From assembly GCA_963795085.1 (NCBI GenBank), contig CAWCFX010000002.1, forward strand, positions 384,001 through 448,000: a stretch of DNA of 64,000 bases. The letters run 5' to 3'. A model generated the notes under the pieces. That model did no database searches and was not told where the DNA came from. It was given only the letters and a program-made list of their open reading frames with translations. Of the stretch, positions 19,108 through 29,121 are shown in pieces (the stretch's first letter is position 1; each line of letters starts with the position of its first letter). The stretch is from an uncultured Gemmatimonadales bacterium. Its GTDB lineage: Bacteria; Gemmatimonadota; Gemmatimonadetes; Gemmatimonadales; GWC2-71-9. Made by a program: the position numbers and the translations under genes.

Positions 19108-19136
19108 AATATGCCCTCGGGAGTAGCCGGCAGCAA
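19108..19136 (-). promoter_or_regulatory. Sigma70-type promoter of tRNA-Gly
   Basis: TTGCTG-17 nt-CATATT just upstream of the tRNA. Confidence 0.45.
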
Positions 19137-19155
19137 GTAGCGCATTCCGGCCCAA

Positions 19156-19190
19156 CGAAAAGCCGCCCGCCTGATGGCGGGCGGCTTTCG
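19156..19190 (-). terminator. Intrinsic terminator of the TPR gene
   Basis: AAAGCCGCCCGCC-loop-GGCGGGCGGCTTTT. Confidence 0.85.
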
Positions 19191-19205
19191 TGATCCCCAG
19201 CGGCG

Positions 19206-20627
19206 TTACTTCTTCTTGTAGCGCCAGGCCACGATGCCGGAGCCCTGAGAGGCAAGGGTAATCTCCTGCACTTCAGCCTCCGGTAGGGGCTTGATCGATA
19301 CCTCCTGGGTATCAACCACCTTTCCGGTGGCATCGAGAAACTCGAACACCAGGGTCATGGCTACCGGCTTGATCGGCTGGTCGGCGGAGTTGCGCGCCGC
19401 CCGGCCGGTAGCGCTGCCGTTCCAGTTGGCCGATGCGGCGCCGGTCTGGAAGCCGGTGACCGAGATGTTGACCGGCATCTCGGTGACCAGCAGCGCGTAC
19501 TTGATCATCTGGTCCTGATTCTTCTTGAGCTGATAGCCCCCGGCCAGCAGGCGGATGTTGTTGTCGTTCATCGGGTCGATCGCCAGCAACCGTTCGCCCA
19601 CCGCGATCAGGCTGTCACCGTTATTGAGGGCGTAATAGGTGCTCGCCAGGTTGTAGAGTGCATCGCGGGATCGCGGGTTGGACGCCAGGTGTTCCTGGAA
19701 GGCGCGAGCCGCGGTTTCGTACTCCTTGGCATTGAATGCGTCAATGCCGCGATTGAAGGCGCTGTTATCGGGGCCCCCGCTGGAAACCGGGCCGCTGGTG
19801 ATGGTCTTCTCGATCGCGGCGGCACTGTCCGCCATGCCGGTGGCGCGGAATGAATTGGCCAGGGCCCGGCGGGCGTCGTCGTCCGCGGTGTTGTAGCCCA
19901 GGTACAGGCGCAGCGCAGTGATCGCCTCGGCGTGCTTACCCGCGTTCTGATACACCGCCGCCATGTTGAAGAGCGCCTGGTTCCGGAAGGCGGCATAGGC
20001 GCTGTCCGTCTTGGCACGCTCATCGGTGGCGGCCACCGCCCGCTGGAACGCCACGGAGGCGCTGTCAAACTGCTTCTGGGTGAAGTAGATCACGCCCAGT
20101 TCGTAGTTGGCGTTGGCGTTGTCGGGCTGGAACCCGATCACCTGCCTCAGCAGGACCAGCGCCGAATCGAGCTTTTCGGCCTCGCGATACTGGGTGGCCG
20201 GCCGCATCAGGGCGTTCGCCGTAAGAGTCTTGATCAGCCGCATGTCCGCGGCGCATTCCGGGGCGAGGGTCTCGGCGCGCCGGAACGACGAATCGGCCCC
20301 CGGGACGTCACCACGGTACAGGTACACCCGGCCGAGCCAGTACCAGGCCATGGGGCTATCGCCCTGCCCGTCGTTCTGGATCGCCTCGCGCAGCACCCGG
20401 TCGGCGTCGCCCAGCAGCCGCTCCCGGTTGCTTTCCGATTCCAGGGCCGACTTCACATAGGTGGCGCCGCTCTTGACCTTGAAATGCCCGCTCCGCAGCG
20501 GTTCACACTCCGGGGTCTGGTACTGGGTGGGCTGGGCGGCTATCACCGCCTGGTTCTGTGCCTCTGCACCGCCCGGCACTGCCAGCACCGCGGCCCCGCA
20601 GAGGATCATGATTCGCTTCAACATCAC
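19206..20627 (-). CDS. Exported TPR-repeat protein
   Basis: Sec signal (AEA-Q), multiple TPR motifs, beta-rich C-terminal domain. Confidence 0.8.
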   Translation of the reverse strand: MMLKRIMILCGAAVLAVPGGAEAQNQAVIAAQPTQYQTPECEPLRSGHFKVKSGATYVKSALESESNRERLLGDADRVLREAIQNDGQGDSPMAWYWLGRVYLYRGDVPGADSSFRRAETLAPECAADMRLIKTLTANALMRPATQYREAEKLDSALVLLRQVIGFQPDNANANYELGVIYFTQKQFDSASVAFQRAVAATDERAKTDSAYAAFRNQALFNMAAVYQNAGKHAEAITALRLYLGYNTADDDARRALANSFRATGMADSAAAIEKTITSGPVSSGGPDNSAFNRGIDAFNAKEYETAARAFQEHLASNPRSRDALYNLASTYYALNNGDSLIAVGERLLAIDPMNDNNIRLLAGGYQLKKNQDQMIKYALLVTEMPVNISVTGFQTGAASANWNGSATGRAARNSADQPIKPVAMTLVFEFLDATGKVVDTQEVSIKPLPEAEVQEITLASQGSGIVAWRYKKK

Positions 20628-21946
20628 TGCTCCTTGTTCAGAGATAAGCCGCCACCGGATGGTACTCCGATGAGGGCGACCGCACGCTCGTGAACCTCGA
20701 GCGCCACCTCCTGGATGGGCCGGCCCTGCGCCCGGGCTACGGCTTCCACGTCATCAAACTCGGGTTTGAACCGGGGGCCGCCGGGCCCCTCCAGCACCTT
20801 GACCCGGACCAGCACGCCGCCGACCGGGACACTGATCATCCGGCGCGGCAGGGTGACCCGCTCTCCCCGCCACCGGCGCACGCCCGCCGTGCTGCTATGG
20901 CGGAAGAGGGCCTCGGTTACCCCAGCGGCCTCCGATTCCGCCGCCACCGCTTCGATCCGAAACCCGGTGCGCCCCTTCTTCATCTGGCTCGCCCACACCT
21001 GGACGTCGAGCGCCCCGGCCTGCATCAGCGCCTCCCGGAGCGGCTCCAGATACTCCGGGTTCAGGTCGTCAATATCGGTGGCGAGCATCACCACTTCGGC
21101 CGTCTCCGCCGCCGCTTCCGCCAGGATCAACCGCAGGGCATTCGGATACCCTTCCGGATTCCGGCCTCCGGCTCCCCATCCAGTGGCCACCGCCCGCCAG
21201 CGAACCGGGGGCCGGCCTTTCGAGAGCACCCGGAGGAGCACAGCGCCGGTGGGTGTCGTGGCCTCTCCGGTGACTGGCCCGTTGGGTCCGATATCCAGCC
21301 CTTCTACCAGGATCCCGGTGGCCGGGGCCGGAATGGGCATGACCCCGTGGGCCGCACGAACCCATCCGCTTCCCAGCGCGAGCGGACGGTGAAAGATCTC
21401 CTGGATCTCCAGCCGCTCAAATCCCTCGATGGCGCCGACGATGTCCACCAGCGCATCGAGCGCGCCCACTTCGTGGAGCGGGACCTCGGTGGCCGGAAGA
21501 CCGTGGATCCTGCCTTCGGCGGCCCCGAGCAGCTGGAACGCCAGGATGGCGCGCTCCCGTACCCACTCCGAGACATCGGCCTGCTCGACCAGCCCGATCA
21601 ACTCCCCGATGTGGCGATGCGGGCCGAGATGGTGGCCACCGTGATGGCCATGGTGTCCCCCGGTTTCGCCGAGGGCGTGGCCCTGCCCGCCATGATCATG
21701 GTGACTGTGCACCAGTTCGGCCGGCGCTTCGACCTCTCCGCCGGGCAACGTCACCGTTACTTTGGCGGCATTGACGCCGCACCGGTTCACTCGTTCGATG
21801 GCAACCGACATGTCGGGAAACCCGAGCCGTGCCGGCAATCCCTGCAGCCACCCGGGCGAAGCCCCCGCGTCTATCAGGGCGCCGAGCAGCATATCCCCGC
21901 TGATCCCGGCCGCGGGATCGATGATGGCTATCCGGGGTGTCTCCAT
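20624..21946 (-). CDS. larC: LarC-family nickel insertion protein
   Basis: GISGDMLLGAL, His-rich insert, LHEVGALD, TTPTGA, TDIDD, MKKGR, KPEFDD. Confidence 0.9.
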   Translation of the reverse strand: METPRIAIIDPAAGISGDMLLGALIDAGASPGWLQGLPARLGFPDMSVAIERVNRCGVNAAKVTVTLPGGEVEAPAELVHSHHDHGGQGHALGETGGHHGHHGGHHLGPHRHIGELIGLVEQADVSEWVRERAILAFQLLGAAEGRIHGLPATEVPLHEVGALDALVDIVGAIEGFERLEIQEIFHRPLALGSGWVRAAHGVMPIPAPATGILVEGLDIGPNGPVTGEATTPTGAVLLRVLSKGRPPVRWRAVATGWGAGGRNPEGYPNALRLILAEAAAETAEVVMLATDIDDLNPEYLEPLREALMQAGALDVQVWASQMKKGRTGFRIEAVAAESEAAGVTEALFRHSSTAGVRRWRGERVTLPRRMISVPVGGVLVRVKVLEGPGGPRFKPEFDDVEAVARAQGRPIQEVALEVHERAVALIGVPSGGGLSLNKEQ

Positions 21947-21967
21947 GACGTCAAATATGCCCGGATC

Positions 21968-23128
21968 TCAGACCCCGGGCAAATGCGCGGGGGTCCGGTA
22001 GAGCCATCCTGCTCCGGTATTGAAGACCACGACGGAGTCGCCTTCGGCGATCGTTCCATCCGCCCGGAGTGCCCGGGCCGCCGCCACCGCCGCCCCTCCC
22101 TCGGGCGACATGTCCACCCCTTCCGCCGCCGACACCGTAGCCGCCTCCCGGCTGAGTTCCTCGTCCGTAACCATCACCGCACCGCCCTGGCTGTCCCGAA
22201 GCGCGGCCAGCATGAGCCGGTCTCCCAGGGGCGCCGGGACCCGGAGTCCGCTGGCGAGCGTCCAGGGATTCGGCCACGGCGACGCGCTCGACGCACCTTC
22301 GTGAAACGCTTTGACGACCGGGGCACACCCGGTGGACTGGACGACGAACATTCGGGGAAATTGCGCCGGGATCCACCCGGCGGCGGCCATTTCCTGGAAC
22401 GCTTTCCACATGCCGATCAAGCCGGTCCCGCCCCCCGCCGGATAAATGATGACATCGGGAAGCGTCCATCCCATGGCATGGGCAAGTTCAATACCGAGCG
22501 TCTTCTTTCCCTCGATTCGATACGGTTCCCGCAGCGTAGAGAGGTCTACCGCCCCGGTTTCGGCGGCGAAGGCGCGGGCGGCCTTGCCGCAATCCCCGAT
22601 ATGTCCCTCCAGCCGGACAAGGTCTCCCCCGAAAGAGACAATCTGGGCCAGAATCGCGGGCGGTGTCGTGGCCGGGGCAAATACCCGCACCGGGACTCCG
22701 GCCCGGGCCGCATAAGCGGAAGCCGCAACGCCGGCATTGCCGGCGGTGGGAATCACAAACATGCGAGCTGCCTGGGCCACGGCCCGCGTCACGGCGGCAC
22801 TCAGTCCCCGGGCTTTGAACGAGCCGGTCGGATTGGTCGCCTCGTCCTTGACGCGGAGCCCGGGGAGGCCGATTCGGGCGCCGGTCCGGACCAACGGCAG
22901 CAGGGGCGTGCCGCCTTCGCCCAGGGTGACCGGTTCCTCGCCCGGCTCGATCGGAAGGAGGGCCCGGAAACGCCACATGCCCTGCCCCGCTCCGCCATCC
23001 CGCGCGTCCGGGCCGGTGCGCCGTTCCGGATAGCGCACCAGCCACGGCTGGCCGCAACGGCATACACCGGGGAGTCCTTCCGGGCTGCGGGTTTCGCCGC
23101 AGGCGGAGCATTCGAGAATCCAGTCCAT
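21968..23128 (-). CDS. thrC: Threonine synthase (PLP-dependent)
   Basis: LGEGGTP, NPTGSFKARG PLP lysine, EGKKT, GGGTG. Confidence 0.85.
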   Translation of the reverse strand: MDWILECSACGETRSPEGLPGVCRCGQPWLVRYPERRTGPDARDGGAGQGMWRFRALLPIEPGEEPVTLGEGGTPLLPLVRTGARIGLPGLRVKDEATNPTGSFKARGLSAAVTRAVAQAARMFVIPTAGNAGVAASAYAARAGVPVRVFAPATTPPAILAQIVSFGGDLVRLEGHIGDCGKAARAFAAETGAVDLSTLREPYRIEGKKTLGIELAHAMGWTLPDVIIYPAGGGTGLIGMWKAFQEMAAAGWIPAQFPRMFVVQSTGCAPVVKAFHEGASSASPWPNPWTLASGLRVPAPLGDRLMLAALRDSQGGAVMVTDEELSREAATVSAAEGVDMSPEGGAAVAAARALRADGTIAEGDSVVVFNTGAGWLYRTPAHLPGV

Positions 23129-23133
23129 CGGGG

Positions 23134-24960
23134 TTACCCTTTGACCCCTTCGCGGAGCCGGTTGAGAAGCGTTTCGGCCTGCCGCAGGGAAAACCCGGGC
23201 AGCGCGGCGACCTCGGCCGGAGAGGCGGACCGGACTCCCGCCAGGCTGCCGAACCGTTCCAGCAGGCGTCGGCGCTTGGTAGCGCCGACGCCGGGAATCT
23301 CCAACAGTTCCGAGGTGATGGTCCGGGCCGACCGCCGCTGCCGGTTGTATGCCAGTCCAAACCGGTGCGCCTCGTCCCGGGCCCGCTGCAGCAGGCGCAG
23401 AGACGGGCTGCGCCGGGAGAGTCGGATACTCGCCGACCGGCCGGGAAGGAACACTTCTTCATCCCGCTTGGCCAGGCTGATGATGGGAATGTCCGTGATG
23501 CCGACGGCGCGCGACGCATCGAGCGCGGCCCCCAACTGGCCCTTCCCACCGTCGATCACGATCAGGTCGGGCAGTGGCTTGCCTTCGTCCCGGCGGCGGG
23601 TGAGGTAGCGGGTGATAACTTCGGAGATCGCCGCGAAATCGTCCTGCTGCGCCACGCCCTTGATCTTGAACTTGCGATACTCGCTCTTGCGGGGCCGCCC
23701 CGCTTCGAACCAGACGAGCGAGCCCACGGTGTCGCGGCCCTGGTTGGTGGAGATGTCCACGCAGATAAAGCTTCGCGGGACGGCGTTCATACCCAAATCG
23801 CGGCCGAGGGCATAAACCGGATCCTCGGAGCGCTCATCGGTTTCGAACGATTCGATCAGGAGGCTTTCCAGCAGGTGGCGGGCGTTCTGGTCGGCCAGTT
23901 CCATCAGGCGGTGGGACTTGCCGCGTTGCGGAACGCTCCACTGGCTCTCCGGCAGCAGCGCCTGGAGGCTCTCCAGTTCGGCGGGGGGAAAGGGCAGGAT
24001 GACGGCCCGCGACCGGTTCTCCGAGGGGACGTAGTAGCGGACCAGGAAGGCGCCGAGGATGGCCTCGTCCGGCTCGCCCTCCACGTTCTCGAGGAATCGA
24101 TGTTCCCGGCTGATGACCCGGCCTTCGCGGACCCGGATCACGGTGCCGACCGCGTCGTCCCGGTCGCGGGCGAACCCGATGGCGTCGGCCTCGCCCAGCC
24201 CCACGGTTTCGACCGCCGCCGGCGCCTCCAGCTGTTCCAGCCACTTGAGCGTGTCGCGGAGGTCCCGGGCGCGCTCGTAGTCCTGCCGGTTGCTGGCCCC
24301 CAGCATCATGTCGCGAACCCGGGCCCGGACATCGTGCGTGCGGCCGCCCAGCACGTCGAGCACGTCGTCGATCATGCGGCGGTATTCGTCCTGCTGGTGC
24401 CAGCCGACACAGGGCGCCAGGCAGCGGCCGATATGGAAATCGAGGCAGGGGCGGTCGCGCCGGTCAGCCGGGATATCGTCCTGGCAGGACCGCACCGTGA
24501 AGATTCGCCGGATGAGCGCCAGCATCCGCCGCATGTCGGCGACGTCGGTGTAGGGACCGAAGTAGCGGGCCCCCGCGATGTCGCGGTTGCGGGTGACCAG
24601 GACGCGGGGAAACGGGTCCCGCAGGGTGACGGCAATCGACGGATAGCTCTTGTCGTCCTTGAGCCGGACGTTGAACCGGGGCTGGTGTTCCTTGATGAGG
24701 TTGTTTTCCAGGAGCAGGGATTCCGGCTCCCGGGGCACCACGATGGTCTCCACGTCGGCGATGAGCCGCACCAGCAGCTGGTTGCGGGGGCTGCCGTCAT
24801 AATCGGCCGTGAAATAGTTACGGACCCGGGAGCGGAGCCGCTTGGCCTTGCCGACGTACAGCACCTCGCCCCGCGCGTCCTTCCACAGGTACACGCCCGG
24901 CGAATCGGGGAGACTGTCGATGGTGCGCTGGAGACGCTCGGAAACGCGGGGTTCGCTCAT
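23134..24960 (-). CDS. uvrC: Excinuclease ABC subunit C
   Basis: GVY..YVGKA GIY-YIG domain, UVR domain, IDGGKGQ, RDEAHRF, HhH; ATG at 24960. Confidence 0.97.
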   Translation of the reverse strand: MSEPRVSERLQRTIDSLPDSPGVYLWKDARGEVLYVGKAKRLRSRVRNYFTADYDGSPRNQLLVRLIADVETIVVPREPESLLLENNLIKEHQPRFNVRLKDDKSYPSIAVTLRDPFPRVLVTRNRDIAGARYFGPYTDVADMRRMLALIRRIFTVRSCQDDIPADRRDRPCLDFHIGRCLAPCVGWHQQDEYRRMIDDVLDVLGGRTHDVRARVRDMMLGASNRQDYERARDLRDTLKWLEQLEAPAAVETVGLGEADAIGFARDRDDAVGTVIRVREGRVISREHRFLENVEGEPDEAILGAFLVRYYVPSENRSRAVILPFPPAELESLQALLPESQWSVPQRGKSHRLMELADQNARHLLESLLIESFETDERSEDPVYALGRDLGMNAVPRSFICVDISTNQGRDTVGSLVWFEAGRPRKSEYRKFKIKGVAQQDDFAAISEVITRYLTRRRDEGKPLPDLIVIDGGKGQLGAALDASRAVGITDIPIISLAKRDEEVFLPGRSASIRLSRRSPSLRLLQRARDEAHRFGLAYNRQRRSARTITSELLEIPGVGATKRRRLLERFGSLAGVRSASPAEVAALPGFSLRQAETLLNRLREGVKG

Positions 24961-24983
24961 GGCGGGTCGCTTCGGGCCTGGCG

Positions 24984-26522
24984 CTACCGTCCCCGCCTCG
25001 CCAACCGGCCGGCGAGCGCGGCGGCCTGGGGAATTCGCAACGCGAAGGTGACCACCCAATATACCAGCCCATACAACCCGAGGACGGCGGCGGCCGTGGT
25101 GACGGGATGGAGCAGCGGCATCAGCCGGTATAGCCCCCACGCGGCCGCTGCGGCCAGCCCCGCAGCGCCCCAGAGGCGCACAACCAGTCCGGCCGCAAGC
25201 CCGGTGGGCCCTAGCCGCCGGTTCAAGGTTTGCCGGAGCAGCACGAATTCCACCCACCCGGCCAGTCCGGCCGAGGCGGTCAGGCCGGCGGCCCCCCACT
25301 TCGGAGCCAGCCCGAGCAGGCCGGGGAGGGGAAAGGCGAACAGGTAGCCCAGGCCGATGGTCAGCGTGACCCGCAGGAGGGCGAAGCGGAGCGGCGTCCG
25401 GGTGTCTCCCAGGGCATAGTAGGTCGAGGCGTAGAGCCGCCCCAGCGTGCTGGCAAGCAGGCCCACCGCCGACCCGGCCAGGATGCCCCAGACATACTCC
25501 GCGTCATGGGCGGTAAAGCGACCGCTCTGATAGATGGCGCCCGCGATGACGTGCCCCAGGGCCGCGAACGCCATGGCGGACGGAACCACGAAGAAGGCGA
25601 TCTGGCGCAGCCCGGCGTTCAACCGGTCGCGGAGATAGTTGCTGACCGAGGCCTCGTCTCCCACTGCGCTGGACATGGCCGGGAGCTCCGCTGCCGACAC
25701 CGCCATGCCGAAGAGGCTCACCGGGAGGGTGTAGAGCGTCTGGGCATATCCCATGGCCGCCACCGCCCCCGCCGGGAGCAGGCTGGCGAGCACCTCATCG
25801 ACATAGGCGCTGATCTGCACCACGCCCCGGCTGATGAACGCGGGAACGAAGTTCCTGGCCACGGTGCGAACATGGCTGGACGACGCGGAGACCGCGAGCC
25901 GAAACGGGCCCAGCACGCGAAGCACGGCCGGAACCTGAACTGCTACCTGCAGGAGGCTGCCGAGCACCGAGCCCCATGCCATCCACTCGGCCAGGGCCGG
26001 CAGGCTGCTCCGGGGTCCGAATCCGAGCAGGGCGGTAATGATTGCCGCATTCCAGATCACCGGCGCCGCGTAGGAAAGGAAGAAGCGGCGGTGGCTGTTG
26101 AGGATCCCCAGGCACCAGGCGGAGAACACGAGCAGGCCCGCCCCGGGAAACAGGATCCGGACCAGCCGAACGGTGAGGTCACGCTTGGCGCCATTGAAGC
26201 CTGGCGCGATCAGGTCGACCAGGACCGGCGCGGCGAGCACTCCCACCAGCACCAGCGCCGCCACCAGGAGCCCCAGCAGGCCCGCCACGGCCCCCGCGAC
26301 CCGCCGGGCGCCCTCCTCGTCGCCCCGGGCCCGGAGGCCGGCATAGACGGGGATGAACGAGGCCGAGAGGGCGCCTTCGCCAAAGAGATTCTGCAGCAGG
26401 TTGGGAATCCGGAAGCCGGCCGCGAACGCGTCGGCGGCATCGGAGGTCGCAAAGTAGTGGGCGAAAACGCGCTGCCGGACGAGCCCCGCGATCCGGCTTA
26501 GAAAGATCCCGGCCGCTACCAT
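24984..26522 (-). CDS. murJ: Lipid II flippase MurJ
   Basis: SRIAGLVR, FRIPN..FGEGALSASFIP; true start may be slightly upstream. Confidence 0.93.
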   Translation of the reverse strand: MVAAGIFLSRIAGLVRQRVFAHYFATSDAADAFAAGFRIPNLLQNLFGEGALSASFIPVYAGLRARGDEEGARRVAGAVAGLLGLLVAALVLVGVLAAPVLVDLIAPGFNGAKRDLTVRLVRILFPGAGLLVFSAWCLGILNSHRRFFLSYAAPVIWNAAIITALLGFGPRSSLPALAEWMAWGSVLGSLLQVAVQVPAVLRVLGPFRLAVSASSSHVRTVARNFVPAFISRGVVQISAYVDEVLASLLPAGAVAAMGYAQTLYTLPVSLFGMAVSAAELPAMSSAVGDEASVSNYLRDRLNAGLRQIAFFVVPSAMAFAALGHVIAGAIYQSGRFTAHDAEYVWGILAGSAVGLLASTLGRLYASTYYALGDTRTPLRFALLRVTLTIGLGYLFAFPLPGLLGLAPKWGAAGLTASAGLAGWVEFVLLRQTLNRRLGPTGLAAGLVVRLWGAAGLAAAAAWGLYRLMPLLHPVTTAAAVLGLYGLVYWVVTFALRIPQAAALAGRLARRGR

Positions 26523-26551
26523 CAGCGCCGGTCGGGGACGGAGGGACTCGG

Positions 26552-26833
26552 TCAGGGCGCGGAGGGTGGAGGCAGCCGGGGCCGGGACGGGGCGTCTTCG
26601 ACCAGCTTCTGCAGAAAGGCCGTCTCCTCCTGGAGCGACTGCACCAGCCGGGTCAGGTCATCCACTTCGCTCTCCAGCAGGTCGACCTTCTTGCCCAGCA
26701 ATGCCACATCCGGGGCAATCGGCTCGGGACCTTCAATGCGTCGGCCCACGGCCTTCCCGATCGGGGAATCGGCCACGATGCTCACGATGGGGATGAGCAG
26801 CGCCACGAGGATGATGATGCCGAGGAGGACCAT
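26552..26833 (-). CDS. Small membrane-anchored coiled-coil protein of unknown function
   Basis: N-terminal TM plus heptad repeat; fills the gap between bshC and murJ. Confidence 0.65.
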   Translation of the reverse strand: MVLLGIIILVALLIPIVSIVADSPIGKAVGRRIEGPEPIAPDVALLGKKVDLLESEVDDLTRLVQSLQEETAFLQKLVEDAPSRPRLPPPSAP

Positions 26834-26841
26834 GGTCGAGT

Positions 26842-28371
26842 TTAGGAGGGCGGAGGCTCGGCTTCAAGGGCCTGGGCATACCAGTGCGTGATGGTCTGGT
26901 TGAGCTGGTCCATCACCAGGGGCCCATACCGGGAAAGATAAGGCACGATCCCGAATACGCGCTCCTGGGGCTTCCCCTCGGGGAAGACGGCGAGCCGCGC
27001 CCGTTCGATCTGGGCCATCTCGGTTTCGTGGCGGCGGCGGAGATGGGCCACGACCCGCTTTTCCAGGTCGCGGCTCTCGGACAGGGCATGCCGACGGGCA
27101 TTGTCCACCGGACGCGCCAGGTTGGGATCCACCTCCAGGGCAAGGGGCTGCACCCGGCCGTACAGCCTCTCCACCGAGCGGCGGAGGTCCTCCAGCCCGG
27201 ACACCAGTCCCGGCGGCAACTGGGAGCGGACCACCCGGGTTTCGAGGGCGCGCGCCGGCGCAAGCAGGTCCTCCAGAGTCGCCTCGTACTTACCCAGGGT
27301 GCGATCGACCCGGGGCTCCACCAGGATGCCCGACCACCGGGGTACCGGCAGCTGCCGGTGGACCCGCATCCGGTCGTAGACCGGCGCGGCGAGGGGGAGA
27401 TAGCGCAACTCTCCCGGGCCGGCGACATAGGCGACGGTCGGCAGCAGGGCGCTCTCCAGCACCGGCCGCAGGAGCACGTTGCCCGACAGCCGCTCCGGCT
27501 GGTCGGCGGCGACCCGCTGGAGGTCGGCCATCGAAAACCGTTCTCCGCTTCGCCGGGTCACGAACCCGTTCCCGTCCAGGACCAGCCGGTCCCGGCCCAG
27601 CCCGCTCTCGAGCATCACCAGGGTGGCGCCGTCGCCGGCGGTGACGCCGGCGTCATGGCCGGCGCCGGCCAGTTCCCGGGACCGCCCGGCCAGGTCGTGA
27701 TCGAGATCGCGGGCCAGCCCCAGCGCCTTGATGACGTGACGGGCCGTGGCCCGCTTGGCGGCCCGATGGGTGTTGTCGAAACAGAGCACGCCGAACGGAG
27801 CCAGGAGTTCGGCCAGCGCGCCGGCAAAACTGCCCGCCACCGTCGCGTCCGGCCGGTAGTAGCGGGCCAGCCAGGCGAGGGCATCCTGTTTGAAGTCCGA
27901 ACCGGGCAGATCCCGCTCCAGCCGGGTCAATGCGGCGGTCACCTCGGCTCCGAGCAGCTCCCGGTACATCGGGGTCAGGTCGGCATCGGCCGGTCGCTCT
28001 CGCAGGGTGGCCCGCGCCACCCTGCCCTCGACATCGGGCCAGGCCGTATGACTGGCTTCGGTAAAATCGTGATCATCGCCGGCGATCCAGAACACCGCCT
28101 GGACCGGGCGCTGCCAGCGTTCCTCCAGGTGCCTGGCAAGTGCCGCGGCGGAGAGCGCCTTGTGGATCGTGTAGAGCGGGCCGGTGAACAGCGCCGGCTG
28201 CTGGCCGGTGGTGACCATCAGGGTATCCGGCGCCAGCGCCTTGTCCAGCAACTCCGTCGCGGGCGACCCGGGCGGCGCGAGGAATGCCTCCCGTAATTCG
28301 GCGAGCTGCTGGGGAGGCCGGGCGGGGGGCCACTCCAGCGGAGCGGTGATCGGCGTGGTGACGATGCGCAC
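26842..28371 (-). CDS. bshC: Bacillithiol biosynthesis protein BshC
   Basis: TGQQ...GPLYTIHK, FWIAGDDHD, NVLLRP, YVAGPGE..Y, PQER. Confidence 0.92.
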   Translation of the reverse strand: MRIVTTPITAPLEWPPARPPQQLAELREAFLAPPGSPATELLDKALAPDTLMVTTGQQPALFTGPLYTIHKALSAAALARHLEERWQRPVQAVFWIAGDDHDFTEASHTAWPDVEGRVARATLRERPADADLTPMYRELLGAEVTAALTRLERDLPGSDFKQDALAWLARYYRPDATVAGSFAGALAELLAPFGVLCFDNTHRAAKRATARHVIKALGLARDLDHDLAGRSRELAGAGHDAGVTAGDGATLVMLESGLGRDRLVLDGNGFVTRRSGERFSMADLQRVAADQPERLSGNVLLRPVLESALLPTVAYVAGPGELRYLPLAAPVYDRMRVHRQLPVPRWSGILVEPRVDRTLGKYEATLEDLLAPARALETRVVRSQLPPGLVSGLEDLRRSVERLYGRVQPLALEVDPNLARPVDNARRHALSESRDLEKRVVAHLRRRHETEMAQIERARLAVFPEGKPQERVFGIVPYLSRYGPLVMDQLNQTITHWYAQALEAEPPPS

Positions 28372-28373
28372 GG

Positions 28374-29090
28374 TCAGGCCCGGCGGGAAAAGATGATGCA
28401 GCGGGGGGAGTCGTCTCCCAGGGGTTCACCCCGGTAGGAGCCCCGGGTCTCCATGATCTCGGCGCCGGCCCGCCGGATCATGGACTGAAGCAGCGGAGGA
28501 TCGAGGAGGCGCACCCGCTCCATGAACTTCCGGCCCTCGGGGGTTTCGATCACCTTGACCACGTAGGCTCCCTCTGAAGAAAGCCGGCGGCTCACCCGCG
28601 CGGGCCCGGTGCCGAGCGCGATGGTTTCCTGGGGCACCAGGTCCCGGGCCACCCGCGCGGCGTTGAGAAAATCGAGGACGAACCAGCCACCGGGGCGTAC
28701 ACTCTCGACCATGCCGGCCAGCGCGGCGTCGTGTTCCTCATCATTGGAAAAGTACCCGAAACTGGTGAACAGGTTTACCGTGAGGTCCATGCTGGCGGGG
28801 CGAACCGGGAGCGAGCGCATGTCGGCACGAATGAGGGGCGCTTCGGTTGCCAGCCGAGCCCGGCGGAGCAGGCTCATCGAGAGATCGAGCCCGTAGACCC
28901 GGGCACCGGCCGCGGCCAGGGCCCGGGCATGCCGCCCTGCCCCGCAGCCCACATCGAGCGTCCGCCACCCGTCCCGCCAGGGGATCACCCGCCGGATGAG
29001 GCCCACCATGGCCTCGGCATCGGCGTCATTGCGGTGGGGATAGAGCTGGAGGTACTCCTCCCCGAACCACTCTTCGAACCACTCCGTCAT
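28374..29090 (-). CDS. Class I SAM-dependent methyltransferase
   Basis: LDVGCGAGRH, ADMR, NLFTSFGYF; ATG at 29090. Confidence 0.9.
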   Translation of the reverse strand: MTEWFEEWFGEEYLQLYPHRNDADAEAMVGLIRRVIPWRDGWRTLDVGCGAGRHARALAAAGARVYGLDLSMSLLRRARLATEAPLIRADMRSLPVRPASMDLTVNLFTSFGYFSNDEEHDAALAGMVESVRPGGWFVLDFLNAARVARDLVPQETIALGTGPARVSRRLSSEGAYVVKVIETPEGRKFMERVRLLDPPLLQSMIRRAGAEIMETRGSYRGEPLGDDSPRCIIFSRRA

Positions 29091-29121
29091 CGGGTCCCTT
29101 CGGCTTGCGGGCGGCCGGCTC

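Noticed and set aside
20690..23608. 972-aa plus-strand ORF
   Set aside because: Antisense shadow of larC, thrC and uvrC in high-GC DNA; no recognisable motifs
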